A DNA stretch of 38,985 nt from an archaeon (GTDB taxonomy: Archaea > Nanobdellota > Nanobdellia > Woesearchaeales > JAHJEM01). Below the pieces are notes generated by a model that worked only from the letters and a program-made list of their open reading frames with translations, did not search any database and had not been told where the DNA came from. The DNA lies in contig JAGVFV010000093.1 of NCBI GenBank assembly GCA_020057445.1, forward strand, positions 1 through 38,985, in the 5' to 3' direction. Made by a program: the position numbers and the translations under genes. Below, one piece after another: positions 1-8,585 of this stretch (positions are counted from its first letter, which is position 1; each line of letters starts with the position of its first letter).

Positions 1-2
1 AT

Positions 3-170
3 CTTGTCGACGAAAAAAACATGCTCTTCTTTGCAGAACGCATGATAAGGAATGACGAAGCCCAAAAGACATTCTTCAAACGAGACGACTTTGTCGAAGA
101 ACGAGAGGCATTCGCCCGCTGCTTCACCGATCCTTCTATCAGCGCAAAGATACGAAAGAAAATCAGATAA
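3..170 (+). CDS. 3' end of an unidentified protein-coding gene (5' part lies outside the window)
   Basis: Frame 3 is open from the window edge to TAA at 168-170. It translates to LVDEKNMLFFAERMIRNDEAQKTFFKRDDFVEEREAFARCFTDPSISAKIRKKIR, which has protein-like composition. It is convergent with the ATPase gene that ends at 176. No family recognised. Confidence 0.3.
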   Translation, partial: LVDEKNMLFFAERMIRNDEAQKTFFKRDDFVEEREAFARCFTDPSISAKIRKKIR

Positions 171-175
171 TCAAC

Positions 176-1483
176 CTATAAGACTTGCTTCTTCTCTGAC
201 AACGCGACCGGACTCTCTCCTCCATGCCACGTCATCCTCGGCCGCACGCGGATGGGAAACAGCCGCTCATTATTATCATCAAGCACGATCGCAGCCCCTG
301 TCTCGCGCGGAAGGTCATTGAGGAGCTTGTCAAGCCCAGTTCGCATGTAGCTCTGCATCAGCATGCCAAGAGCGTCAGTATCGATCTTTGCCGTGATCCT
401 GTGGCTGATGATTGTGTCTGCCTGGGTCATGACATCAGTATGGATCTTTCCAGGCTGCTGGCTTGCAAGAACAAGAGAGATCCCAGGCTGCCTTCCCTCA
501 CGAAGGATGGTGATCAACGCGTCGCTCGCAGACGTCTTTCCAGTATTTGGCAAGAACTCATGCGCCTCATCGATCACAAGCCACACGAGAGGATACTCCT
601 TCTTCGGCTCATCCTCACCAAAATAGTTCATCGCCTTGTGCAGGTCCTTGAACTCCTCAACCTTCCTCTCCTTCATCCGCTGCACAAACAACTTCTCTGC
701 GACAAGGCCGATGACCAGGCTCTTGATATTCCAGCCGCCTCCTTGCGTCGCGTAGATGGACACATCAATGACACTCACCTGACCTGGCTTTGCAAGATCT
801 GAAAGAGGAGTGCCTTCCTTTGAAAAGATTCCCCATGATTTCGCATTCAAGAAACGGTTCTTCGCAGCATCCTTCACGCTCTTCTCACTATCTGTCGCCT
901 GACATGCGGCAATGATATCATCAATATCATACAAAACATTCTTGTCCTGCAAGTCCAGGATGACCCGCTCGATCAAGACCCCGAGGGGTTCGGTCTCACT
1001 AATGCCAAACGTCAGGCACCAATCCTCTGCAGTGAGTTCGCTTGTCTTCACTGAGAACGGCACGTCGACAGGGATCCCCTCATCCCGCGCTTTCTTGAAA
1101 AAACCTTCAGGGCAATAGATCACGATGTCCATTTTCTTTGGCTCAAGATCCCACAGCTTCAGCAAGTCACGATCCTTCCTGTTCGGATACTTCATGGTCC
1201 AATAGATGCCCATCGTGTCCAGCATGATGATGGAGAGATTATTCCTCACTTCCGACGGAAGATCAGCCAATCCTTCGGCAATGACCCCCATGGTGTAGGA
1301 CTTTCCTCCTCCGCGTTTTCCGCAGACAAAGACGACGTGGCTTCGCAGCATGTCCAGATACACGGGATTAGCAAGAGAATTCTCCCGCCCCATCTTCACA
1401 TACTGCTTGCCGAGAAGGATCATCCCTTGGCTACCATACTTTTTCCTGTCAGACTCGCTCCTGCCGATGATGATATCAAACAT
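176..1483 (-). CDS. HerA/DUF87-type P-loop ATPase (435 aa)
   Basis: Walker A is GKRGGGKS and Walker B is LVWLVIDEAHEF. The ASQQP...HRI C-terminal region is typical of HerA/FtsK-like DUF87 ATPases. ATG at 1481-1483 has GGAG 3 nt upstream. Confidence 0.8.
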   Translation of the reverse strand: MFDIIIGRSESDRKKYGSQGMILLGKQYVKMGRENSLANPVYLDMLRSHVVFVCGKRGGGKSYTMGVIAEGLADLPSEVRNNLSIIMLDTMGIYWTMKYPNRKDRDLLKLWDLEPKKMDIVIYCPEGFFKKARDEGIPVDVPFSVKTSELTAEDWCLTFGISETEPLGVLIERVILDLQDKNVLYDIDDIIAACQATDSEKSVKDAAKNRFLNAKSWGIFSKEGTPLSDLAKPGQVSVIDVSIYATQGGGWNIKSLVIGLVAEKLFVQRMKERKVEEFKDLHKAMNYFGEDEPKKEYPLVWLVIDEAHEFLPNTGKTSASDALITILREGRQPGISLVLASQQPGKIHTDVMTQADTIISHRITAKIDTDALGMLMQSYMRTGLDKLLNDLPRETGAAIVLDDNNERLFPIRVRPRMTWHGGESPVALSEKKQVL

Positions 1484-1607
1484 ATCTCCTTCCTCATGCT
1501 CTATCTTTTATATATTTTTGCTAGAAAAACACTACTATTCTCGAATGGCAAAAAGGAAAAGGTTTAAATAGCATCCACTCTTCCATCACCTCCTCAGGTG
1601 ATCTATT

Positions 1608-3023
1608 ATGGCAAAAAAACCGCTTCCATATCCAGAAAAGAAGACAGTCATCAAAAAACACCACACAGGACGATACATCGGCATCACCCTTGGCATCCTC
1701 ATCATCCTTGTCGCCCTCATCTACCTGATTAAGACAGAAGTCCTTGTCAAGACGCCGGTGACTCTTCCCCAGAAAGAAGGAGTCGCAGCGAGCGTCGGAA
1801 CGAGCGACATCACCCTTGCAGAACTCAATACTGCATATGAGCGGCTCCCAGAACAATACAAGGCGCAACTCACGAGGACCGATGTCCTCAAGCAGCTCAT
1901 CGACGAAAAACTTCTCCTCCTCGATGCAGAAGCGAAGAAGATAACAGTCTCCGAAGCAGATGTCCAAAAAGAGATCTCCGCCCTCATGGTGACGAACAAC
2001 ATCACTGAGGAAGAATTCAACCAGGCGCTCGCACTCCAAGGGGTGAACAAGTCAGAATTCCTCACCGCATTCAAGAACAGGCTTCTCATAGCAAAACTCT
2101 TCAATGTCACTGTCCTTTCCGCAACCACAGTCACCACCCAAGAAGCGAAGACTTACTATGATGAGAATCAAGACATCTTCACCCAGCCTGCGTCAGTGCA
2201 TGCGGCACACATCCTTGTCAACACCTCTGCCGAGGCAGACGAGATCGTTTCGGAACTCTCCTCCGGGAAAAACTTCACAGACCTTGCCAAGAAATACTCC
2301 ATCGACCCGTCAGCAAAAGTCAATGGCGGAGACCTCGGCTACTTCAGCCAGGGCATGATGGTCCCTGCGTTTGAAGAAGCGGCATTCGCGACAGCCAAAG
2401 GAAAGTACTCAGATCCTGTCCAGACACAATTCGGCTGGCACATCATCTGGGTCATCGATACAAAACCGGCACAAGTCATCCTCTTCGATGACATAAAGAC
2501 AGAGCTCATCGAATCACTGCGCATGACAAAAGCCAGAACCGACTTCCAGACATACCTCTCGGAACTAGGCAACAAGACAAAGATCGTCACCTATTTCAGT
2601 GAGAGCATAACACCGACCGCGACCATGCCTGCAGGAGCCAACGATGAGAACATACCTCCTGAACAATTGCCAGTGACGAGCGCACCTGCGGAAGAGCAAT
2701 CACCTGCAGAAACACCTACAGAGACCGCTCCTGCAGAAACCACGAAACCTGCTGCAGGGACACTTGCAGCATGCCTCACTGACAAAGACGCAATCTTGTA
2801 CGGCGCGTACTGGAACAAGGACACAGAAGACCAGATGAACCTCTTCGGCACTGAGAAAGCAGACCTGCCCTATGTAGAATGCGGAGTCTCCGACGACTAC
2901 GCAGCACAAAAGAAAGAATGCAAGGATGAGAAGATCCTCGGCTATCCCACATGGAAGATCGCAGGAAAGCTCGTCCCAGGAATCCTGACGAAAGAACAGG
3001 TCAAGGCGCTCGCAGGGTGCTAA
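1608..3023 (+). CDS. Membrane-anchored parvulin-type peptidyl-prolyl isomerase with a C-terminal thioredoxin-like (VKOR-associated type) domain lacking CXXC
   Basis: N-terminal TM helix (IGITLGILIILVALIYLI) and a SurA-N-like helical region. PpiC/parvulin core is HAAHILV...FGWHIIWV, followed by a P/E/T/A-rich linker. The C-terminal segment YGAYW-NKDT-EDQMNLFG...YVEC...ECK...GYPTWKIAGK matches the Trx-like domain fused to bacterial VKOR. AGGTGA Shine-Dalgarno lies upstream. Confidence 0.8.
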   Translation: MAKKPLPYPEKKTVIKKHHTGRYIGITLGILIILVALIYLIKTEVLVKTPVTLPQKEGVAASVGTSDITLAELNTAYERLPEQYKAQLTRTDVLKQLIDEKLLLLDAEAKKITVSEADVQKEISALMVTNNITEEEFNQALALQGVNKSEFLTAFKNRLLIAKLFNVTVLSATTVTTQEAKTYYDENQDIFTQPASVHAAHILVNTSAEADEIVSELSSGKNFTDLAKKYSIDPSAKVNGGDLGYFSQGMMVPAFEEAAFATAKGKYSDPVQTQFGWHIIWVIDTKPAQVILFDDIKTELIESLRMTKARTDFQTYLSELGNKTKIVTYFSESITPTATMPAGANDENIPPEQLPVTSAPAEEQSPAETPTETAPAETTKPAAGTLAACLTDKDAILYGAYWNKDTEDQMNLFGTEKADLPYVECGVSDDYAAQKKECKDEKILGYPTWKIAGKLVPGILTKEQVKALAGC

Positions 3024-3050
3024 TTTTTTTTTTCAAATCCTTTTTTTTTT
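3024..3050 (+). terminator. Oligo-T archaeal terminator (two T10 runs)
   Basis: T10 at 3024-3033 and T10 at 3041-3050, immediately after the TAA stop at 3021-3023. Confidence 0.6.
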
Positions 3051-3169
3051 CTTCCCTACTCGTCCTTACACTTTCATGAAGATTTCTTTTTTTGCGATGA
3101 GATATATTGTTTTGCCACATTCTTTATGTTTCCTTATGGAAAACAACACCCGCAATGTTTATAAATGCC

Positions 3170-3355
3170 AACCCATTCGCTAACCTTGCTACGCAATTAG
3201 GGTCCTTACCCAAGCAAAGAACCATCAGGTTCTGGCGATGAAGGAGAAGCCACTCCTGCGTACAACAGCCCGGCACGAGAGTTGCTCTCGCAAGCAAGGA
3301 CATCAGTCCGGCAATGAGCTTGAGAGTTAGTGTCCCGGGCACCACACACCATCCT
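3170..3355. ncRNA. Candidate structured ncRNA of about 180 nt; identity and strand unresolved (some SRP-RNA-like sequence flavour)
   Basis: A GC-rich island sits in an AT/T-rich spacer. Nested helices read by eye:
- UACGCA (3190-3195) pairs with UGCGUA (3257-3262). This helix encloses hairpins GGGU-CCUU-ACCC (3200-3211) and AGAACC-AUCA-GGUUCU (3218-3233).
- GCCCGG(CAC) (3268-3276) pairs with (GUG)UCCCGGGC (3330-3340). This helix encloses CGAGAG-UUG-CUCUCG and CAAGC..GGAC-AUCA-GUCC..GCUUG.
TATA TTTATAAAT at 3158-3166 is on the plus strand. The 73-aa ORF at 3124..3345(-) looks spurious. Confidence 0.4.
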
Positions 3356-3485
3356 GATCAAAAAAAATTTCGCATATCCACTTAAAGACCAAGCCCACTC
3401 ATCATGATTCCCATCGTCACAACATATATTGACAGAATGAATCCATTATCGCTTGTTCTCTAAGTGCGATAGGAAGGAAACCCCT

Positions 3486-4799
3486 ATGGCAAAGATCGCA
3501 CAAGTATCAGCAAAATACATAGTCCACGCAGAAATCCAGATTCAAGGCGTCGTCGACAAACCAGACGTGATAGGCGCCATCTTCGGACAGACCGAAGGGC
3601 TTCTTGGCGCAGACCTGGAACTACGCGAACTCCAAAGAAGCGGAAGGATCGGCAGGATCGAAGTCAACGTCGACACCAAATCCGGAAAGACCGCAGGAGA
3701 GATTGTCGTCCCCTCAAGCCTCGACAAGGCAGAGACGGCAATCATCGCAGCGGCGCTAGAAATAATCCAGCGCATCGGACCATGCAATGCAAAGATCCAT
3801 GTCGCAAGCATAGAAGACGTCAGGATCTCCAAGCGACAATTCGTCGTCGAAAGGGCAAAAGAGCTCCTCAAGACACTCATGGACACGAGCATGCCTGACT
3901 CCCAAGAACTCGCGGACGAAGTCGCCTATTCTGTGAGAGTCATGGAAATCCAGGAATATGGACGAGAAAGGCTTCCTGCAGGACCAGCAGTAGACGAGAG
4001 CGACGAAGTCATCGTCGTCGAAGGAAGGGCAGACGTCCTTAACCTCCTCAAGCACGGCTTCAAGAACGTGATAGCCCTCAACGGCACGTCAGTGCCTGAA
4101 ACCATAATCGAGCTCTCCCGCAAGAAGACACTCACTGCCTTTGTCGACGGAGATCGCGGAGGGAACCTCATCGTGCAGGAACTCCTCTCCATATCAGAGA
4201 TCGACTTTGTGACACGCGCGCCAGACGGAAAAGAGGTCGAGGAATTGACCAAGAAAGAGATACACAAGGCACTGCGCGGACGCTTTGCAGCAGAACAGGC
4301 ACGCATGGAATTCATGCAGAAGGACGAAAAAAAGACACAAGCGCCATCAGGCCAACGCCCTGAAGGCAGGACAGAGCAACGTCCTGAACGCATTGAAGGA
4401 AGAACGGAGACAAGACAGGAACCTAGGCCTATGCAAAGGGAACCGCCCCAGCTGCAAAAGGCAGCTCCCCCTATGCCTTCATTGGCAAAGCAGCCGAAAC
4501 GAAAGATGACATCACAAGAGAAAGAATCATTCGGCCACATGCTCGAAGACCTCATCGGAACAAGAGGAGCATACATCCTTGACCCCAAGCTCAACATCCT
4601 TGGCAAAGTCCCAGTCTCAGAACTCCAAGGCACGATCAAGAGCCTCAAGACAGGAATCTACGCCATTGTCTTTGACGGCATCGCAGACAGGGATCTTGTC
4701 GCGACAGCAGAACGGGCAAACATCCAATTCCTCATCGCCATGGACAACAAGGTCAAAGAAGGAACACACCTTGCAATCATCACACCAGATGAGCTCTGA
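3486..4799 (+). CDS. dnaG: Archaeal DnaG primase (TOPRIM domain)
   Basis: N-terminal region AKYIVHAEIQIQGVVDKPDVIGAIFGQTEGLLG is typical of archaeal DnaG. TOPRIM motifs are VIVVEGRADVLNL and FVDGDRGGNLI. The ATG at 3486 has AGGAAGG upstream and is preferred over the TTG at 3453. A TATA-like ATATATT lies at about 3424. A basic/acidic low-complexity insert (RPEGRTEQRPERIEGRTETRQEPRP) is present. Confidence 0.9.
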   Translation: MAKIAQVSAKYIVHAEIQIQGVVDKPDVIGAIFGQTEGLLGADLELRELQRSGRIGRIEVNVDTKSGKTAGEIVVPSSLDKAETAIIAAALEIIQRIGPCNAKIHVASIEDVRISKRQFVVERAKELLKTLMDTSMPDSQELADEVAYSVRVMEIQEYGRERLPAGPAVDESDEVIVVEGRADVLNLLKHGFKNVIALNGTSVPETIIELSRKKTLTAFVDGDRGGNLIVQELLSISEIDFVTRAPDGKEVEELTKKEIHKALRGRFAAEQARMEFMQKDEKKTQAPSGQRPEGRTEQRPERIEGRTETRQEPRPMQREPPQLQKAAPPMPSLAKQPKRKMTSQEKESFGHMLEDLIGTRGAYILDPKLNILGKVPVSELQGTIKSLKTGIYAIVFDGIADRDLVATAERANIQFLIAMDNKVKEGTHLAIITPDEL

Positions 4800-5427
4800 G
4801 GAATTGCCATAAGAACGACCCGAGCGAAGAATTCATTTTTTTTCTTATCACTTTCTCCACTGCAGTCTCATTCATGACCCACTCTTCACTCTCTTTTTTT
4901 CTTTCCACAATCTCGCAGAAGCGAAAGGAGGGAGGAGTGATATCAGCAAACGCCCAATAAGACACAAATTTAGGCATAGGAGTTGACGCAGTGACAAGAA
5001 TAGTCTGCCCTCCTGAAAGCGCAAGATACTGAACATCACTCTTGAACGCAGGAGCCACATCCTCGACAGTATCCTGGAATGCAGCAAAAGGATATTCGTT
5101 TTCATCCACAAACATGAACTGTATGGCAAACATGCCGGACCTATCCATCCCGTTTGACAGGAACATCTGTGGAATCAACAAACCATGCAAAGCATCGACC
5201 TCGAGATTCACCCACTGATAGCCATACGTATAATTCTCCATCAAGCACTCTTCATCCACGTCCGCGGAATAATTTTCCCTGGAAACAGAACTGTTCACCA
5301 CCACAACATCGATGATATCAACATAATAGGTGACGCTCACAAAAATCAGCATGAAAAAAACCAATAATAGGAAAATTATCATCAATCTTCTCCTTCTTTT
5401 TTTCCTGCGCCTTTTTCCTTGTTCCAT
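4780..5427 (-). CDS. Hypothetical N-terminally anchored membrane protein
   Basis: N-terminal K/R cluster (GKRRRKKRRRR) followed by a TM helix (LMIIFLLLVFFMLIFVSVTYYV), then a soluble domain of about 170 aa. No family recognised. The 3' end overlaps the dnaG stop by 20 nt (convergent). Confidence 0.55.
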   Translation of the reverse strand: MEQGKRRRKKRRRRLMIIFLLLVFFMLIFVSVTYYVDIIDVVVVNSSVSRENYSADVDEECLMENYTYGYQWVNLEVDALHGLLIPQMFLSNGMDRSGMFAIQFMFVDENEYPFAAFQDTVEDVAPAFKSDVQYLALSGGQTILVTASTPMPKFVSYWAFADITPPSFRFCEIVERKKESEEWVMNETAVEKVIRKKMNSSLGSFLWQFLRAHLV

Positions 5428-5694
5428 TTTTCAGTAACGAAATATTTTCATAACAATCGGAAATCTCCGCTTATACAGGCCCATCTGGCATTTAAAATCT
5501 TTCCATACTATCAAGTATATATGATATAAGTTATGGTAATCCATCTCCTATATTTATTCTTATATTTCTCAGGTCAATCGTATTTATATACTAGTACGTG
5601 CAAAGAAAAAACAACAATGATCAGCTATTCGGCAAAGATCAAAAGCCACAAACTCTCGAGCTTCTTTGACCCTGAAGAAGAGGACGAAGAAGTG

Positions 5695-6825
5695 TCAAAA
5701 GAGTAACTTCTCATCTCCTCTGTTCACGAAATCCGGCATCAACTCTCGGTACATGCGCTCTGCAATGCCTTCACGAGAGATCCTTGCTCCATTCTCCACG
5801 CAATCAATCACTGTCCAATTCGGCAATTCCTTTGCGCACCATAAGAATGTCTGCCTGACCGCCTCCTTATACTCCTTCTTCGCAGTCTCATGCATGTCCA
5901 TCACTCTCTTCGCATCATTCCGCATGGCTTCTTCCGCCACATCCAATGGAAGATCCAGATACAATACCTTGTGCGATTTTGGAAGGCCAAGCCATCCATG
6001 CTCAAATGCCTGCAGTTTCTTGATCATCCCGTGCCTCTCATCGACCGGAAGCTTGCTCACCTGATGACCAAAATTCGCCTCAACATACCTATCAAGAATG
6101 ACATTATGCCCTTTCTTCAGCCAATACTGCAGCACTCCATTCGTATCATGCCGATTCATCGCGTACAAGGAAGCGAAGAACAACGGATCAACCTCGCTGA
6201 TGCTTCCCTTCTCACCGCGAAGCACAGAACGGATAAGATCGCCATGAAGCGCATCATCATGCGGAAAATCAAGAGTTGCCACAGGATACCCTTCTTTCTT
6301 CAACCTTTCCACAAGCAGTTGTGCCTGTGTCTTCTTCCCAGAACCATCACCGCCGTCAATCGTAAAGATCCGTCCATTGCCTGGAAAATAGAAAAACTTC
6401 TCCACAGCTGAAGCCACATCTGCAATGGTATCATACTCCACTTGGGTGAGCAATGGATTCGAATCCTCACGGATGAGCTTTGACCTGAAATGAGGATGGT
6501 ATGCCGCAAGCACCGGGATCTTTCTCACATTCAAGGCATACTCAATCTCCCTTCCCACACCGATGCTCGGCTGGGACACTTCAGCGACAAGCACATCTGC
6601 AGAAGAAAGCCATTCCATATCCCGATGAAAGACACTCGTGTTCAATCCTTTCTGCACCTGCTCCTGCTTCCATGCAGTCTCCCATGAGAGCACATCATCA
6701 CGGACAATATGGCCAGTGAGCACCTCTCCATACTGGTGCAGCATGTCGCACAATTGCCGGGCAAAATGCAGATTATCCCTGCCGCCGCTTATCGATGTCG
6801 CAAAATAGATCCTCATCATCATCAC
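5695..6825 (-). CDS. tmk: Fusion protein: DNPH1/Rcl-like 2'-deoxynucleoside 5'-phosphate N-hydrolase domain plus thymidylate kinase
   Basis: The N-terminal half has IYFATSISGGRD...VLTGHI...DMEWLSSADVLVAEVSQPSIGVGREIE, matching the DNPH1 signature YFxGSIRGGR...TEH...EWL..ADVVVAEVTQPSLGVGYE. The C-terminal half has the Tmk P-loop IDGGDGSGKKTQ and a dTMP-kinase-like body. It starts 1-4 nt after the stop of the ThyX-like gene, so the two form an operon. Confidence 0.8.
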   Translation of the reverse strand: MMMMRIYFATSISGGRDNLHFARQLCDMLHQYGEVLTGHIVRDDVLSWETAWKQEQVQKGLNTSVFHRDMEWLSSADVLVAEVSQPSIGVGREIEYALNVRKIPVLAAYHPHFRSKLIREDSNPLLTQVEYDTIADVASAVEKFFYFPGNGRIFTIDGGDGSGKKTQAQLLVERLKKEGYPVATLDFPHDDALHGDLIRSVLRGEKGSISEVDPLFFASLYAMNRHDTNGVLQYWLKKGHNVILDRYVEANFGHQVSKLPVDERHGMIKKLQAFEHGWLGLPKSHKVLYLDLPLDVAEEAMRNDAKRVMDMHETAKKEYKEAVRQTFLWCAKELPNWTVIDCVENGARISREGIAERMYRELMPDFVNRGDEKLLF

Positions 6826-6826
6826 C

Positions 6827-8515
6827 TCAGCTCCTCAAAAAGAATTCATCACGATTCCCAGGATCAGGCCTCTTTTCCATCCGCAAACCTGAAAGATACG
6901 GATCAGATTCCGTAATCAACTTTGCCGCATCAAAGGTCATCAAGCGATAATTGATATGGCCGCCAGGACGGACACGCAGATGCGACAAGTAACTTGCCTG
7001 CTTCGGATCACCATGCATCCACAAATTCACCCGATGCGCAAGCGGAAGGATGTTCTGCACAAACGCATGATCAACATCAGGACCGACAATCCTATGGACA
7101 CTGTCAATGAATCTGCCCGCTGCTTCGTAGTATCTGTTCATCTCATCCACGAATCCCTGCCGCTCCTTTGAAAACACGTCAAGATCAAGATACGCAGGAA
7201 TGCCGAATCCTTGGGAAAGGATGCCCTCAGCCGACTCCCTTGTCCAATCATTAGCATAAAGATTCGAAGGCAGTTGGATGAACCGTGACCAGGCGCGATG
7301 CCTGTTGAAATCGCGAAGCTCTCCAAGATACCCTTCCATCACCAGGGTCACTTCCTTCGTGCTTGCAAGCTCTGGAAGTTCCTTCACATGATTATGTGAT
7401 GAAAAGATGATCCTGCTGATGTCCTCTTTCTTCTTCCTTGGCAAGGACCGAACATATTCAAAAGTCTCCTCCCAGTTCAGATGAGGCCAGACAGAAAGCA
7501 CATACTGGCTCACCATCTTCTCAGCAGAACTCATGTCGCGTCCAAGATGAAATACGGCCTGTGCTATCGGAGGTCTCTTTATGCCTGCCCGCGGAATCAT
7601 ATCAAGGATGTCTCTTTGCAAGTACTCTTCAAGCTCTACAAGCGTGTTCCTTACAGTCATGTCTGCTTTCGTATCAAACATCAGGCTTCGCGCTTCTGCA
7701 AGGAAACCAAGCTCTGCTTCTATCTCTTGTTGAGGAGAAAGCAATGTCTCCAGTTGTACTCCGATATCTTGATAATAGGAAAGCCGCGACGCTTTCAAGC
7801 GAGAGATGAGTCGCGCAAAATCCCTTGCGCTCGTCTCAAACGCAAAGCCAGTGCCCTGGCCAAGCAGCAAGAAGTATCTTGCGCAGTCAAGGACGCGAGC
7901 GTCAAGTGATTTCTTCTCAGCGGGCGTCTGCGGCTGGAAAAACCTTTCAAAGGCAGAAGTCAATGCGTTTCGCTGTCTCTCAAAAAGCTGCAATGATAGT
8001 GACCCGAGGCCGTCGTATTCGTCTATCAATTCCCCTGATCCCTGAAGCATCTGTCCAAGCGGTTGCAGCACACTCTTGCCAAAGCGCTTCTGGTACCGCG
8101 TCGACTTCTCCTGACCAGAATTTATAACGCCATAATTGAAGATGGTCATCGGAACATGCATGGGACAATTATTGAAATGCACATCCATGCGCGCCATGTC
8201 AGCGACAGACGCATGCCCATATCCCCTGAACATCTCATCCAGTTTCTCATCAGGATTAACACCCTTCTCTCCCATCTCAACTGCAATCTCCACAGTCGAG
8301 CCAGGAGAACGGGAATGCCTTGCAGCAATCCACGCCCGATGAGCAGCCACACGCCTCTTCTCATTTGGGATGATGGAAGCAAGCTCAAGACCAGTGCCTC
8401 TATCAAGGAGCGTGATCACCTTAAGACCAGTATCCTCTGCAGCATAGGATCTCCACGCGTATATTCTGTCTTCTACAACCTGTACCAATTCCTTCTCTGG
8501 ATTCACCACAAACAT
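6827..8515 (-). CDS. Double-length ThyX (Thy1, flavin-dependent thymidylate synthase)-like protein, 562 aa
   Basis: There are two Thy1-like cores. The N-terminal half has GHASVADMARMDVHF...SGQEKSTRYQ, with SxRY present and RHR absent. The C-terminal half has VTLVMEGYLGELRDFNRHRAWSRFIQLPSNLY, with RHRxxS present and SxRY degenerate. A C-terminal LRVRPGGHINYR resembles the ThyX arginine motif. Confidence 0.65.
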   Translation of the reverse strand: MFVVNPEKELVQVVEDRIYAWRSYAAEDTGLKVITLLDRGTGLELASIIPNEKRRVAAHRAWIAARHSRSPGSTVEIAVEMGEKGVNPDEKLDEMFRGYGHASVADMARMDVHFNNCPMHVPMTIFNYGVINSGQEKSTRYQKRFGKSVLQPLGQMLQGSGELIDEYDGLGSLSLQLFERQRNALTSAFERFFQPQTPAEKKSLDARVLDCARYFLLLGQGTGFAFETSARDFARLISRLKASRLSYYQDIGVQLETLLSPQQEIEAELGFLAEARSLMFDTKADMTVRNTLVELEEYLQRDILDMIPRAGIKRPPIAQAVFHLGRDMSSAEKMVSQYVLSVWPHLNWEETFEYVRSLPRKKKEDISRIIFSSHNHVKELPELASTKEVTLVMEGYLGELRDFNRHRAWSRFIQLPSNLYANDWTRESAEGILSQGFGIPAYLDLDVFSKERQGFVDEMNRYYEAAGRFIDSVHRIVGPDVDHAFVQNILPLAHRVNLWMHGDPKQASYLSHLRVRPGGHINYRLMTFDAAKLITESDPYLSGLRMEKRPDPGNRDEFFLRS

Positions 8516-8550
8516 CCCCCCAACTCACGAATAGGAACCATGACGAACCA

Positions 8551-8563
8551 AAACTTTTTAAAC
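8551..8563. promoter_or_regulatory. Shared AT-rich TATA element of the divergent ThyX-like and kinase-like/dCMP deaminase promoters
   Basis: AAACTTTTAAACC lies 24-32 nt upstream of the ATG at 8586 and about 40 nt from the ATG at 8515 on the other strand. It reads as TATA-like in both directions. Confidence 0.4.
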
Positions 8564-8585
8564 CTTTCTTTGGTCTAACCTCTAT

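Noticed and set aside
1-175. A NurA-like partner gene immediately downstream of the HerA-type ATPase on the minus strand
   Set aside because: The minus-strand frames after the TAG at 176-178 either hit stops or lack a start codon, and their composition is Cys/Arg-rich. The plus-strand frame ending at 170 looks more protein-like.
52-1118. Plus-strand ORFs 52..321, 224..802, 363..626 and 912..1118
   Set aside because: They are antisense to, or overlap, the strongly supported HerA/DUF87 ATPase gene, and no family signatures are present.
3170-3355. Calling the structured element SRP (7S) RNA or RNase P RNA outright
   Set aside because: It is roughly half the canonical archaeal SRP RNA length. 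No clear GNAR-capped helix 8 with an AGCA/GGAA loop geometry is present, and no RNase P CR-I/CR-V motifs. It is kept only as an unassigned ncRNA candidate.
5617-5706. A 29-aa ORF (MISYSAKIKSHKLSSFFDPEEEDEEVSKE) with a TATA-like TATTTATATA about 30 nt upstream
   Set aside because: It is too short and has no recognisable family or conservation evidence. It overlaps the 3' end of the Tmk fusion gene. It is mentioned only as a possible micro-protein to check by ribosome profiling or comparative genomics.
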